DNA of 64,000 nt, taken from positions 832,479 to 896,478 of the forward strand of contig CAVWAP010000004.1 in assembly GCA_963753055.1 (NCBI GenBank), read 5' to 3'. This document shows positions 1-9,040 of the stretch, in pieces (position 1 is the stretch's first letter; each line of letters begins with the position of its first letter). This DNA is from an uncultured Bacteroidales bacterium (lineage in GTDB: Bacteria > Bacteroidota > Bacteroidia > Bacteroidales > B18-G4). Under the pieces are notes generated by a model. That model saw only the letters and a program-made list of their open reading frames with translations, did not search any database and was not told where the DNA came from. The position numbers and the translations under genes are program-made.

Positions 1-639
1 ATGTTTTTTCCAATGAATACCGTCGTCAGATATGGCATAACCAATTCTTCTTACTGAGTGTTTACCTTTGTTTTTTCCATTATACCACATGTGAAAGTGT
101 GACCCATTATAAAGAACCTTAACTCCATATATACCATCATTATCCCATTCATTCCCTTTACCTGGATTCATAACCATTTCCGGATGTTTTATCCAGTTCA
201 TGCCATCGTTCGACCATGCATATCCTACACAAAAGGCATGGTCCATTTTTGCAACTCCAATATACCACATGTGATACATAGTATCTATTTTGATGATATC
301 AAAAGATACAATACCAGTATCCCATGAGCTTTCCGGGCATACAAAATCTATGGTAATGGATGCATGTTTTTCCCAGTGGATACCGTCTGGCGAAGAAGCA
401 AATCCATAGCCGGGGTATGGTAGATCTATGAGCCATCCTTTATACCACATATTGTATTGACCATCCTCTAATAAAACTACCAGGGCAAATTTGGCTTCAT
501 CCCATTCATCACTTGTCCCATACTCGAATACAGGATTGGCTGGATACTTGTACCATGTAGCCTGGGCAATTAAATTGTGGTTGATGCCTGACAGATACAG
601 CACAATAATCATAATGAGGTAGCATCGAATGGACTTCAT
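1..639 (-). CDS. secreted beta-propeller glycoside-hydrolase-like protein (C-terminus runs off the window; absent from ORF track)
   Basis: ATG on the complement at 637-639, open in frame to position 1 (213 codons). Signal-like N-terminus MKSIRCYLIMIIVLYLSGINHNLIAQA. Recurring blade-like motifs SPDGIHWEKH, SNDGMNWIKH, SDDGIHWKKH and MWY repeats, as in 5-bladed GH43/GH32/GH130-type propellers. Confidence 0.5.
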   Translation of the reverse strand, partial: MKSIRCYLIMIIVLYLSGINHNLIAQATWYKYPANPVFEYGTSDEWDEAKFALVVLLEDGQYNMWYKGWLIDLPYPGYGFASSPDGIHWEKHASITIDFVCPESSWDTGIVSFDIIKIDTMYHMWYIGVAKMDHAFCVGYAWSNDGMNWIKHPEMVMNPGKGNEWDNDGIYGVKVLYNGSHFHMWYNGKNKGKHSVRRIGYAISDDGIHWKKH

Positions 640-698
640 TATCAGAGGGAATAATGGCACACTATAAATATAGTGAATTTCAGGGAATTAGTCAATAG

Positions 699-790
699 AG
701 TGATTAAGTGACCTGCCCCTGCGAAGGCAGGGGTTAGGTGATTAAGTGATTGAGTGGTATCCGGTATCTGGCATCCGGCATCCAGTATCT
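699..790. repeat. heptad-periodic intergenic repeat block with central hairpin (palindromic core copy 1)
   Basis: GTGATTAAGTGA, then CCTGCCCCTGC-GAAG-GCAGGGGTTA (7-bp stem 716-722/727-733), then GGTGATTAAGTGATTGAGTG, then GGTATCC GGTATCT GGCATCC GGCATCC AGTATCT (756-790). Lies between the divergent starts at 639 and 872. Confidence 0.8.
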
Positions 791-871
791 ATTTGTACAT
801 ATCAATCTCAGCGCTTACTTGCATCAGGGCCATTATCTTATTAACTTTATATTGCACCAACTACATTATAA

Positions 872-2917
872 ATGCGAAGAAGAATTGCTCTTGTTTGTAT
901 ATTATTTCTGGTACCAGTGATCTGCTTTAACCAGATTATTGATGAAATAAATAAGATTAATGCAGATAGCCTGCAAGAGGTGCTTCCGGAATTAGAAGGT
1001 GTTGATAAGATTAATGCTTTAAATAAAATAGCACTATCAGTTAGTTTGAATAATCCTGATAGCACCATCAAAATTGCCAACCAGGTTATAAAAGTGTCAG
1101 AGGAATTGGATTATATGAAAGGTGTTGCCGACGGACATTTCAATTTAGGCAATGCTTATTACATTATGGATAGTTTGAAACTTTCTGTTATCCATAACCT
1201 TAGCTCTCTGCGGATTTACGAACAATTACCGCCGTCAATCTGGATGGGCGTTGCGCTAAATAACCTGGCATTTTTGAACTGGCTTGTTGGCAGGACAGAG
1301 AAGTCTATCGAATATAATAGGCAACAAACACGAATTTATGATCAACTTGAAGTATCTCTATGGTATAAATGGGGGTCATTGATCGAAACAGCTTATTTTT
1401 TCGATGGGATTGGAAGGTATGACTCAATATACTATTATTGTGATAGGGCATTTGAATTGGCCAAGAAACATAATGACACCAGCTTCCTGGCTTATACTTA
1501 TTCTAATTTGTTCAGATTTAAGCTTCGTCATGCCCAGGCTCATCCTGGGGATAAACAAAAGTTATATCAATGTATATCAATGGGATTAAAAGCCCTTGAT
1601 CTCAGGGATTATCTGGATATGGACCGAATGGGTAACACCATATGGCACCTTTTCATGTATATTCACCTGGCGACGGTTTATATTGAATTAGGATCAGAAG
1701 AATCAATGAATACCGGTCTTGAATATTTAAATAAGACAGAGCGCATTTATGATACTATCGATTTTAAATATTCTGATATAATAGCAGTATATAAATTGTA
1801 TGCATCTCTAAGATCAAGGTCCGGAGATTATGAGAATGCTATCATCTATTATGAGAAGGGTATTGAAGAGTTTGAAAGAAATATCCCTCAGGCAGATAAA
1901 ACAATATTATATTCCAATATATTCTGGGAATTTATCGATAAGAAAATTCTTCAGTCTGTTTATGACAGCCTGTACAGGAATTATGAGAGGCTTGGAAATT
2001 TCAGGAAAGCACTTGAATTTCATGTTTTGAGGAATAAGATTGAAGGCGAGATTTTTCAGGAAGATCAATCCAACATGATCGCCATGCTGGAAGCAGATTC
2101 TGAGAATGAAAAAATTGAAAAGCAGATGGCAATGCTGGAAAGGGACAAGCAAATAAAAGAATTACAAGTAGCTCAGTCAAGGTACTTCAATCTGGGTATA
2201 GGGATTTTATTTGTGATCTCCATTCTAATAGGCGTGTTATACTTACGACAGATAAAACTTAAGAATGAATACAAGAGTAGTATACTCGAACAAAAACTTC
2301 TTCGGATACAGATGAATCCGCACTTTATCTTTAATGCTTTGTCAAGCATCCACAACCTTGTGATCAAAGATAATAAGGATAAAGCCTCAGCTTACCTTGT
2401 CAATTTTTCAAAATTGTTGCGTACATCACTTGAAAGTTCAATAGAAGACTATGTCTTGTTGGAGGACGAGATCAGTATTATAAAGAGTTACCTTGAGCTG
2501 CAACAATTAAGACATGATCATAAGTTTGACTTTTCTGTTGAGGTTGACCGGGAGATCAACCGGGAGAATACTATCATACCTCCTATGCTCATCCAGCCAT
2601 TTATAGAAAATTCCATTGAGCATGGGATAAAACATAAGCATACCAAAGGTCATGTGAACATCAAGTTTATAAAGGAAAATAAAAAAGTAATCTGTAAAAT
2701 AAATGATGATGGAATAGGAAGGGAGAAAGCCATGAATTCCCAGTATGAATTTGAGAAGCATAAATCCCTCGCCACAGGGTTAATCAGGGAAAGAATAAGA
2801 ATTCTGAACAAAAAATTCCACCAGAGAATTAAACTCGACATTATTGATAAATACTCGGAAACCGGGCAGGCACTGGGAACATTGGTGCGGCTGGAATTAC
2901 CGTATATTAGTGATTAG
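872..2917 (+). CDS. TPR-repeat sensor histidine kinase, LytS/YpdA-type (His_kinase + HATPase)
   Basis: 681 aa. Signal/TM at the N-terminus, TPR-like repeats, single TM (FNLGIGILFVISILIGVLYL), then the LytS-type signature NPHFIFNALSSI and an ATPase region (IENSIEHGI, DDGIG). Followed by a LytTR regulator. Confidence 0.85.
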   Translation: MRRRIALVCILFLVPVICFNQIIDEINKINADSLQEVLPELEGVDKINALNKIALSVSLNNPDSTIKIANQVIKVSEELDYMKGVADGHFNLGNAYYIMDSLKLSVIHNLSSLRIYEQLPPSIWMGVALNNLAFLNWLVGRTEKSIEYNRQQTRIYDQLEVSLWYKWGSLIETAYFFDGIGRYDSIYYYCDRAFELAKKHNDTSFLAYTYSNLFRFKLRHAQAHPGDKQKLYQCISMGLKALDLRDYLDMDRMGNTIWHLFMYIHLATVYIELGSEESMNTGLEYLNKTERIYDTIDFKYSDIIAVYKLYASLRSRSGDYENAIIYYEKGIEEFERNIPQADKTILYSNIFWEFIDKKILQSVYDSLYRNYERLGNFRKALEFHVLRNKIEGEIFQEDQSNMIAMLEADSENEKIEKQMAMLERDKQIKELQVAQSRYFNLGIGILFVISILIGVLYLRQIKLKNEYKSSILEQKLLRIQMNPHFIFNALSSIHNLVIKDNKDKASAYLVNFSKLLRTSLESSIEDYVLLEDEISIIKSYLELQQLRHDHKFDFSVEVDREINRENTIIPPMLIQPFIENSIEHGIKHKHTKGHVNIKFIKENKKVICKINDDGIGREKAMNSQYEFEKHKSLATGLIRERIRILNKKFHQRIKLDIIDKYSETGQALGTLVRLELPYISD

Positions 2918-3000
2918 TTGTTGGTTGTTAGTTGTTGGTTGTTGGTTGTTGGTGAGATAGATGTAGCGTTCATCCTGAGCGTAGCGAAGGATCTCCTTCG
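2915..3000. repeat. heptad array starting on the kinase stop codon, plus a short hairpin
   Basis: TAGTTGT TGGTTGT TAGTTGT TGGTTGT TGGTTGT TGGTGAG (2915-2956); the first TAG is the stop codon. CGAAGGA-TC-TCCTTCG palindrome at 2985-3000 within CATCCTGAGCGTAGCGAAGGATC. Confidence 0.75.
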
Positions 3001-3033
3001 AATTTGTAATATATTTCTTATCTTTATTACATT

Positions 3034-3774
3034 ATGATCCGTACCCTTATTATCGACGATGAGAAGGATAATCGCCAGTTGATTTCCTATCTGCTGGAAA
3101 AACACTTTCCCAATGTAGCTGTTGTAGGGACCGCGGATGGTGTTGAATCGGGCTTTGAATCCATCGGAAGGTATTCGCCAGACCTGGTATTGCTTGATAT
3201 TAGAATGGAAGATGGGTTGGCATTTGATTTGTTGAATAAGCTCGATCATATTGATTTCAAGATAATATTCATTACGGCATTTGAAGAATATGCTCTGCAG
3301 GCCATTAAGTTCAGCGCCCTTGATTACTTGCTTAAACCAGTATCACTGCTGGAACTGGAAGCTGCCATTACAAAAGCAGAAAACCAGATGATTAAAGATT
3401 TGCATGTTCAGCTGGCCGAATTAAATAATAACCTTCAGTCCATTAACAATAAACGCATAGTCCTCAGAACGGCGGAAAAACTTCATATCATCCCTGTCCA
3501 GAACATTATTCGTTGCGAAGCTGACCGGAACTATTCGAGGTTCTATTTAGAGAATGGAAAAAGTATTATTGTCTCTCATCCAGTGAAAGAATATGAAAAT
3601 ATGCTGGTCGAGCAGGGCTTTTTCCGGGTGCATAAATCCCACCTTGTTAACCTGTCCTTCATCGAAGAATATGTGAAATCAGAAGGAGGGAATGTCATAT
3701 TAACAGATGGCACTTCTATTCCTGTTGCCGAAAGGAAGAAGAACAGCTTATTATCAATCTTCGGTAGATTATAA
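3034..3774 (+). CDS. LytTR-family response regulator (receiver + LytTR DNA-binding domain)
   Basis: 246 aa. Receiver motifs IIDDE and LVLLDIRMEDG. C-terminal LytTR-like FFRVHKSHLVNL. Confidence 0.9.
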   Translation: MIRTLIIDDEKDNRQLISYLLEKHFPNVAVVGTADGVESGFESIGRYSPDLVLLDIRMEDGLAFDLLNKLDHIDFKIIFITAFEEYALQAIKFSALDYLLKPVSLLELEAAITKAENQMIKDLHVQLAELNNNLQSINNKRIVLRTAEKLHIIPVQNIIRCEADRNYSRFYLENGKSIIVSHPVKEYENMLVEQGFFRVHKSHLVNLSFIEEYVKSEGGNVILTDGTSIPVAERKKNSLLSIFGRL

Positions 3775-3896
3775 CTATTTAACAGTCACGATTATCCTGC
3801 ATCCCATAACGCTGGATAATTTTTCTTTTACGTTGGGTCATCTCCTCCAAATTGACTTCTAATCTGTTGTATATTATTGATAAAAAAGGAGGAGTT

Positions 3897-5705
3897 ATGA
3901 GGACAATTATACTCTTTATTGTTTTATTGTTTCCACTTCAGATCATTGCCCAAACACCTGTTCCTCCGGGGCCTGTATCCGGCACCTGGAACCTAAGTGG
4001 CTCTCCTTACATGGTGAATGGTGAAATCTATATTGACCAGGGTTCCTCTCTTACGATCGAACCAGGGGTGCAAGTTCGTTTTACAGGATGGTATAAGTTT
4101 ATTGTTGATGGATCACTAATAGCCAATGGAACAGCAACAGACAGTATTTTATTCACTGCTGATGATACAACCACTCGTTGGCATGGGATAAGAATCATAC
4201 AAAACAGCAGTACGATCAGCGTGGATTATTGCATTGTGTCATATGGAAGAACTGATATGACTGAGCCTAATTTCCCTGAAAATGCCGGGGGGGGAATATG
4301 TATCTATAATTCTCTTGCCGCTTCCATTGCAATCAGCAATACATCCATAAGGCACAATCAGGCATATTATGGCGGAGGAATTCAATGCGATGGCGCTAAT
4401 GCGGTAATCGATAATTGCGAAATAACATACAATACTTGCCTGGGCAGGGGAGGAGGGATACAATATTATTCAAATTGCAATCCATCGCTCACAAACTCAA
4501 CACTCTCCTATAATTATGCACCTAATGGTGGGGGGCTGACTTGTGATGTAGATTGTCAACTGGAAATGATAGGTAATAGGATTATACATAATTCTGCAGA
4601 CGTCCATGGAGGAGGTATTGACATTTGGGATGCGGGTGGCTTAAATGCAAAAGGTAATCTGTTTGCTTATAACTCAGCACAGTGGGGAGGTGGAATTGCC
4701 ATATATACTGGCGAAAATTTAGAATTCTCTGACAATACCATTGCCTATAATGTTGCCACATCGCTTGGACATGGGGGTGGTGTATATTCTTATATATACA
4801 ATACTCCCAGCTTTACCAGCGATATTATTTATTTTAATACACAGTCCGGTTCACCAAACCAGGTTCATCTTATGTTATACGCATTGCCTTCATTCAATTA
4901 TTGTAATATTGAAGGAGATACGTCAGCATTTACAGGTCATGGAGGGAGTGGTTTTTCAGGAGTCTATGAAAACTGTATTGATGAAGATCCGCTATTTGAG
5001 GACGCCATCAAAAACGTTTTTTCTTTATCCTGGAATAACTACCCTCATGTGGACAGTACCAGGTCACCATGTATTGATGCCGGGTGTCCGGGTTTACCTG
5101 ATCCTGACAATACCTGTAATGATATCGGGGCTTATATTTTTTACCAACAGTTAGATATTCCCGAAGCCCTGCCACCAGACAGTATCAGTAATTATGGTTT
5201 TCTTGCAGCATGGACCAGTGCATTTGGAGCACTTGGTTATTATCTTGATATTGCCCTTGATGATGAATTTACAAATATTGTATATGAAGGAATTGAAATT
5301 GTGAGTAATACGACATATTTTGTTGAGGGTCTTAATGGCGGAACGCAATACTATTACAGGGTAAAATCCTATAATAATGCTTTAACCAGTGATTATTCCA
5401 ACACCCAAATGGCTATAACCCTTTCGGTTTCCATTGATGAACAAGATATCATTGATGATGTAGTCATTTATCCTAATCCTTTTATAAACTCTACAACATG
5501 CTCCTTTACTCTCCACAAGCCCACTGATGCTTCCATTATGATTTTTAATTCACAAGGTCAGCTTATAGAAAATATTGAACAGGCGTTTGATCAAGGCGAG
5601 CAACAAATTAGATGGAATGTTGAAGGACTGCCTGCCGGGATATATTACTTCATTATAAGTGATGGAGAAAAAGTACAAAGTGAGAAAATAGTCCTAATGA
5701 ATTAG
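3897..5705 (+). CDS. T9SS-secreted right-handed beta-helix protein with FN3-like domain and Por C-terminal sorting domain
   Basis: ATG 3897 gives the signal peptide MRTIILFIVLLFPLQIIAQ (the track TTG at 3852 is less likely). Repeated GGGI/GGGL beta-helix turns. C-terminal VVIYPNPFINSTT...GIYYFIISDGEKVQSEKIVLMN is typical of a T9SS CTD. Confidence 0.7.
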   Translation: MRTIILFIVLLFPLQIIAQTPVPPGPVSGTWNLSGSPYMVNGEIYIDQGSSLTIEPGVQVRFTGWYKFIVDGSLIANGTATDSILFTADDTTTRWHGIRIIQNSSTISVDYCIVSYGRTDMTEPNFPENAGGGICIYNSLAASIAISNTSIRHNQAYYGGGIQCDGANAVIDNCEITYNTCLGRGGGIQYYSNCNPSLTNSTLSYNYAPNGGGLTCDVDCQLEMIGNRIIHNSADVHGGGIDIWDAGGLNAKGNLFAYNSAQWGGGIAIYTGENLEFSDNTIAYNVATSLGHGGGVYSYIYNTPSFTSDIIYFNTQSGSPNQVHLMLYALPSFNYCNIEGDTSAFTGHGGSGFSGVYENCIDEDPLFEDAIKNVFSLSWNNYPHVDSTRSPCIDAGCPGLPDPDNTCNDIGAYIFYQQLDIPEALPPDSISNYGFLAAWTSAFGALGYYLDIALDDEFTNIVYEGIEIVSNTTYFVEGLNGGTQYYYRVKSYNNALTSDYSNTQMAITLSVSIDEQDIIDDVVIYPNPFINSTTCSFTLHKPTDASIMIFNSQGQLIENIEQAFDQGEQQIRWNVEGLPAGIYYFIISDGEKVQSEKIVLMN

Positions 5706-5753
5706 GTGAAACCTATAACATTTATTAATTAGTATTAATTAAAATTAAAAGCT

Positions 5754-6335
5754 ATGAAACGACTATGCTTATTATTAGTCCTGGGAGCAACCATGATTTT
5801 CTCTGGCTGCCAGAAGGATAGCCCTGAAGAAATCAGCCAGGGTGATCAGTTAGCTCCAGTTCTCAAAGCAACACAGGTTTGGTTTGAAGGAGTCTGTAAG
5901 AATGGGAAGATTTTATATTGCGGAGATATAAAGGAACTTCCCAATGGTATGATACAGGTCATGAATTTTGAATCGGAATGGGAAGACTATTCCAATGATC
6001 CGTTGACAACAGGAAAGTCGCACTGGGTTGAGAATTTCTTATTTGCTAAAGACGGAAAGAGTTATAAGTTCTGGGGTAAAGCAACTTTAACCACAGAGCA
6101 TGGAGAATGGGAATACTCAATGCATGGTTATTCAAATGCAAAAGAAGGCTATATTATTGGTCCTCCCTGTGCCGGACCACCTGTTCCAAGTGAATCTTTC
6201 GCATATATTAATGTTGTAGGTAAATCAGGGGCTGTCAAGGGAATGGTTGGAAAATGGTTTTACTACATGGATTGGTATGGGTTCCCACAAGCATTTGAAT
6301 GGGAGGTAACAGGCTGGTATAAGTACGCTCCATAA
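5754..6335 (+). CDS. hypothetical lipoprotein
   Basis: 193 aa. Lipoprotein signal MKRLCLLLVLGATMIFSGC. No recognisable catalytic motif. Confidence 0.5.
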   Translation: MKRLCLLLVLGATMIFSGCQKDSPEEISQGDQLAPVLKATQVWFEGVCKNGKILYCGDIKELPNGMIQVMNFESEWEDYSNDPLTTGKSHWVENFLFAKDGKSYKFWGKATLTTEHGEWEYSMHGYSNAKEGYIIGPPCAGPPVPSESFAYINVVGKSGAVKGMVGKWFYYMDWYGFPQAFEWEVTGWYKYAP

Positions 6336-6370
6336 ATACTTGCCGGCTTCAATATCTTCACGTACCTGGA

Positions 6371-7345
6371 TCAGCCAAATAACTGCTCATAAAACCGTTC
6401 TCTGCCCAATGCATTAAGATAATCAATTTTTCGTTTTTCGTAAAAATCTTCGGCTTGCCTTCTGTTAAAATACCATACGCAATCAAACAGAATGCTCAGT
6501 TTAAATACATCATAAAAATGCCGCTTTTCATTGTTGTTCAGAGACCTGTGCTTCATATATTCAGTCACAACTTTTTTGGCTTCAGGAAAATTGAACACGT
6601 CCTCTGCTTGATAGCGCTTATCCCAGTCCTTCCAGTTAAATGAGGAAACAAAAGGATCCATCAGGCAAGCCAGGTCATACAAAAGGTATGTATAGTTCGC
6701 ATCGTCAAAGTCGATGAGGGCCCTGATTTTTCCATTATGAAAGAGCACATTGGAAAAATGAAAATCACAATGACATATCCCTGTTGGCAGTGATCGTGGG
6801 AGAATCAGTATTGAGACTTCCTGCTTTAACCATAACATCTTATCCCTGGAGTCAGGTGTATTTATCTCTTCAGCCCTCGTTTTGGCTAGATGTACGCATA
6901 GTTCAGAATTGTAATTCCATCTGTATTCTTTATAAAAAGGCCTGTAATTCCTGCTTATGTTTTGCAGGTCGGCAGCCAGCTGTATCAATTGCTTTCTCTG
7001 ATTTTCAGAAGGGCTTTCAATGTGCTCACCATGAATAAATTCAAAAATGATATAAGGCTTTTTATTATGTAACCCGACAAATGATCCTTCCGAGTTTCGC
7101 TGCGGGGTAGGGCAGGGGTACTGTCTTGATACAAGGTATTTGATCAGGTTTACTTCAAATAACACTGATTTCAATGGCCGGTTTTCATAATATCTTAAGA
7201 TATAATTATTGGATGTTGTCTTTAAGAATATGTTGGTTTGTACAGTTCCTGTTGTTATTGGATGAAAATCAATTAGTTCTCCAAGGTCATAATTTGAAAG
7301 TATGGTCAATAGATCGCTCCTGCTGATATGAGTCTTTACCGCCAC
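6371..7345 (-). CDS. APH/choline-kinase-fold phosphotransferase (homoserine kinase type II-like)
   Basis: 324 aa, GTG start. Kinase-fold motifs ICHCDFHFSNVLF (HxDxxxxN) and LIDFDDA. Confidence 0.65.
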   Translation of the reverse strand: MAVKTHISRSDLLTILSNYDLGELIDFHPITTGTVQTNIFLKTTSNNYILRYYENRPLKSVLFEVNLIKYLVSRQYPCPTPQRNSEGSFVGLHNKKPYIIFEFIHGEHIESPSENQRKQLIQLAADLQNISRNYRPFYKEYRWNYNSELCVHLAKTRAEEINTPDSRDKMLWLKQEVSILILPRSLPTGICHCDFHFSNVLFHNGKIRALIDFDDANYTYLLYDLACLMDPFVSSFNWKDWDKRYQAEDVFNFPEAKKVVTEYMKHRSLNNNEKRHFYDVFKLSILFDCVWYFNRRQAEDFYEKRKIDYLNALGRERFYEQLFG

Positions 7346-7363
7346 TTAATAATTTTTTTGTCT

Positions 7364-8611
7364 TTATTCTCCTGTACTAAACCAATATGATATTGTTTCA
7401 GTCTTAAATTCTACTTGATTTGCAGATGTTGATTTGATCTTCCAATAATATGTTGTATTTGGCAGCAGGCCTTCAACGGTTTTACTGAATTGTACAACTT
7501 GATCTGCCTCTTCCTGTTCGTCCTCTTTTTTACATTGATAACTCATTGATACACTTATTAATAATGTAATAGCAAGGAGTATTTTCCTTTGCCTCGGGAT
7601 CCATAACATAAACAGTAGAAATGCCGGGAAGAAACACATTATCACATGTTGATTGGCAGTTTTATTGTCCTTGACTTTCACCAGCACAGATTTGTAATCA
7701 CTGAAATCATTGCTTGTGGAATATGCCAATTCATAAGTACTCTCCGGAAGCCCCTGCCAGCCAAATGTCACTGAGGATGGGCTTAACACTACACCATTTC
7801 CGGGACTTTGCAGTTTCACCTGCGAGAATAACCTGGGGATACCGTAGTTTCTTTTTCCTTTACTTAGCTCTTCCTGCAGGTCAATCAGAAGGTATTCTTC
7901 ATAATTGTGATAATAAAACAAATATACAAGACATTGCTTCAAATCATAAATTACAGAATATTGGGTCGGATATTTCCCTTCCTGATGCGTCGCAGATAAG
8001 ACAGAACCCATCAGGTAAGGTGTGGGCTCATTCATATCGCTGAGAATTTCGCTGGCAGCTTCATATCTCCAGCAAGGATACCCTGCCAGGTCAGGATTGG
8101 AATGATAGAAGTTTGTCATGAGCTGATAATCATTTTCTTTGGAGATAATGCTATCACCCTCAACTATAATTGAATGCCCGGAAGAGTCCCCTACAAGGTA
8201 TTGTGCATTGTATTGATCCTGGCAATATTGTGCGGAGAAAATGACCAGTGCCTCTTCAAGGTTTTTACACTCCTCAATGATCTTTTGCATAAGAGGTCCG
8301 GGATATAGCTCTTTGTTTTCTTCTGAATAAGGCATTCCAAGGTATGCAACTGAGGAAGCATCCCAAAACAGGCCATGATCATTCATCCCTCCCTGGGGAA
8401 AGCCACTTCCCCAGCCAAATTTAATCCAACCGTGCTTACCACCATCTGCTGGATAGAAAAACACTTTAGGGAAAGGATCTTTCCAGTCCTCGTTACTGCC
8501 AGCTAATATGATATCACCTTTAGCAATGTAAAAAATAGTACATGAGTAGAGCTTAGCTCCGTAAAGCAAAGATGAGATCAATAATATTCTAATGATCCAG
8601 GTCCTGAGCAT
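7364..8611 (-). CDS. secreted Ntn (Cys-nucleophile) hydrolase, C45 / acyl-CoA:6-APA acyltransferase-like, with C-terminal FN3-like region
   Basis: 415 aa. Signal peptide ending ...LYS/CTIFYIAKGDIILAGSNEDW (Cys nucleophile directly after the leader). C-terminal SPGNG...VTFGWQ...YYWKIKS FN3-like motifs interrupted by hydrophobic segments. Confidence 0.6.
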   Translation of the reverse strand: MLRTWIIRILLISSLLYGAKLYSCTIFYIAKGDIILAGSNEDWKDPFPKVFFYPADGGKHGWIKFGWGSGFPQGGMNDHGLFWDASSVAYLGMPYSEENKELYPGPLMQKIIEECKNLEEALVIFSAQYCQDQYNAQYLVGDSSGHSIIVEGDSIISKENDYQLMTNFYHSNPDLAGYPCWRYEAASEILSDMNEPTPYLMGSVLSATHQEGKYPTQYSVIYDLKQCLVYLFYYHNYEEYLLIDLQEELSKGKRNYGIPRLFSQVKLQSPGNGVVLSPSSVTFGWQGLPESTYELAYSTSNDFSDYKSVLVKVKDNKTANQHVIMCFFPAFLLFMLWIPRQRKILLAITLLISVSMSYQCKKEDEQEEADQVVQFSKTVEGLLPNTTYYWKIKSTSANQVEFKTETISYWFSTGE

Positions 8612-8618
8612 TGCAGTT

Positions 8619-9029
8619 TTATATTATTTTTTCCTTCCACCCTACAATTGCGGCGGGCAGAATATGCGCCAGGTAAAGCAGGCATGCTGCAATAATTACA
8701 TCTATTGGCCCTTTCTCAGCCAGTGCAAATCCATAAATGATCAGAAGCGTGATCACCGTAAATCCACCATATGAATATTTTAAGGCATTGAGTACTACTT
8801 GCAGTTGTCGTTCATCAAGGCTGGTATCTTTTGAATGCGAGAACTTCCAGAGTCCTGTTTTTATATAAGCTTTGATAAAGGAGATAACGAAAAGTATTGC
8901 AACAATTCCTCCTGTAATCAACAGCCAGACTGGCCAGTTGATATTCTTGCCTGTGTAATAAATGAAAATGACCAGCATTAACATTACGAAGTTAATGACG
9001 ATCCAGATTTGTCTGTGTTTCCTGTCCAT
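8619..9029 (-). CDS. small integral membrane protein (3-4 TM), partner of the upstream XRE regulator
   Basis: 136 aa, four hydrophobic segments. Starts 11 nt after the HTH gene stop. Confidence 0.5.
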   Translation of the reverse strand: MDRKHRQIWIVINFVMLMLVIFIYYTGKNINWPVWLLITGGIVAILFVISFIKAYIKTGLWKFSHSKDTSLDERQLQVVLNALKYSYGGFTVITLLIIYGFALAEKGPIDVIIAACLLYLAHILPAAIVGWKEKII

Positions 9030-9040
9030 TTGTTCTTCTT

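Noticed and set aside
2914-3249. 111-aa minus-strand ORF ending in TTNNQQLTTNN
   Set aside because: It overlaps the start of the LytTR regulator in antisense, and its C-terminus is a translation of the GTTGTTG heptad array.
4741-5154. Internal or antisense track ORFs inside strong genes (for example 4741..5154, 12333..12653, 15437..15850, 22644..22994, 28709..29146, 44346..44726, 51726..52076, 54065..54436)
   Set aside because: Each is fully nested in a longer ORF with clear family motifs, lacks its own signals and has atypical composition. Treated as non-coding shadows.
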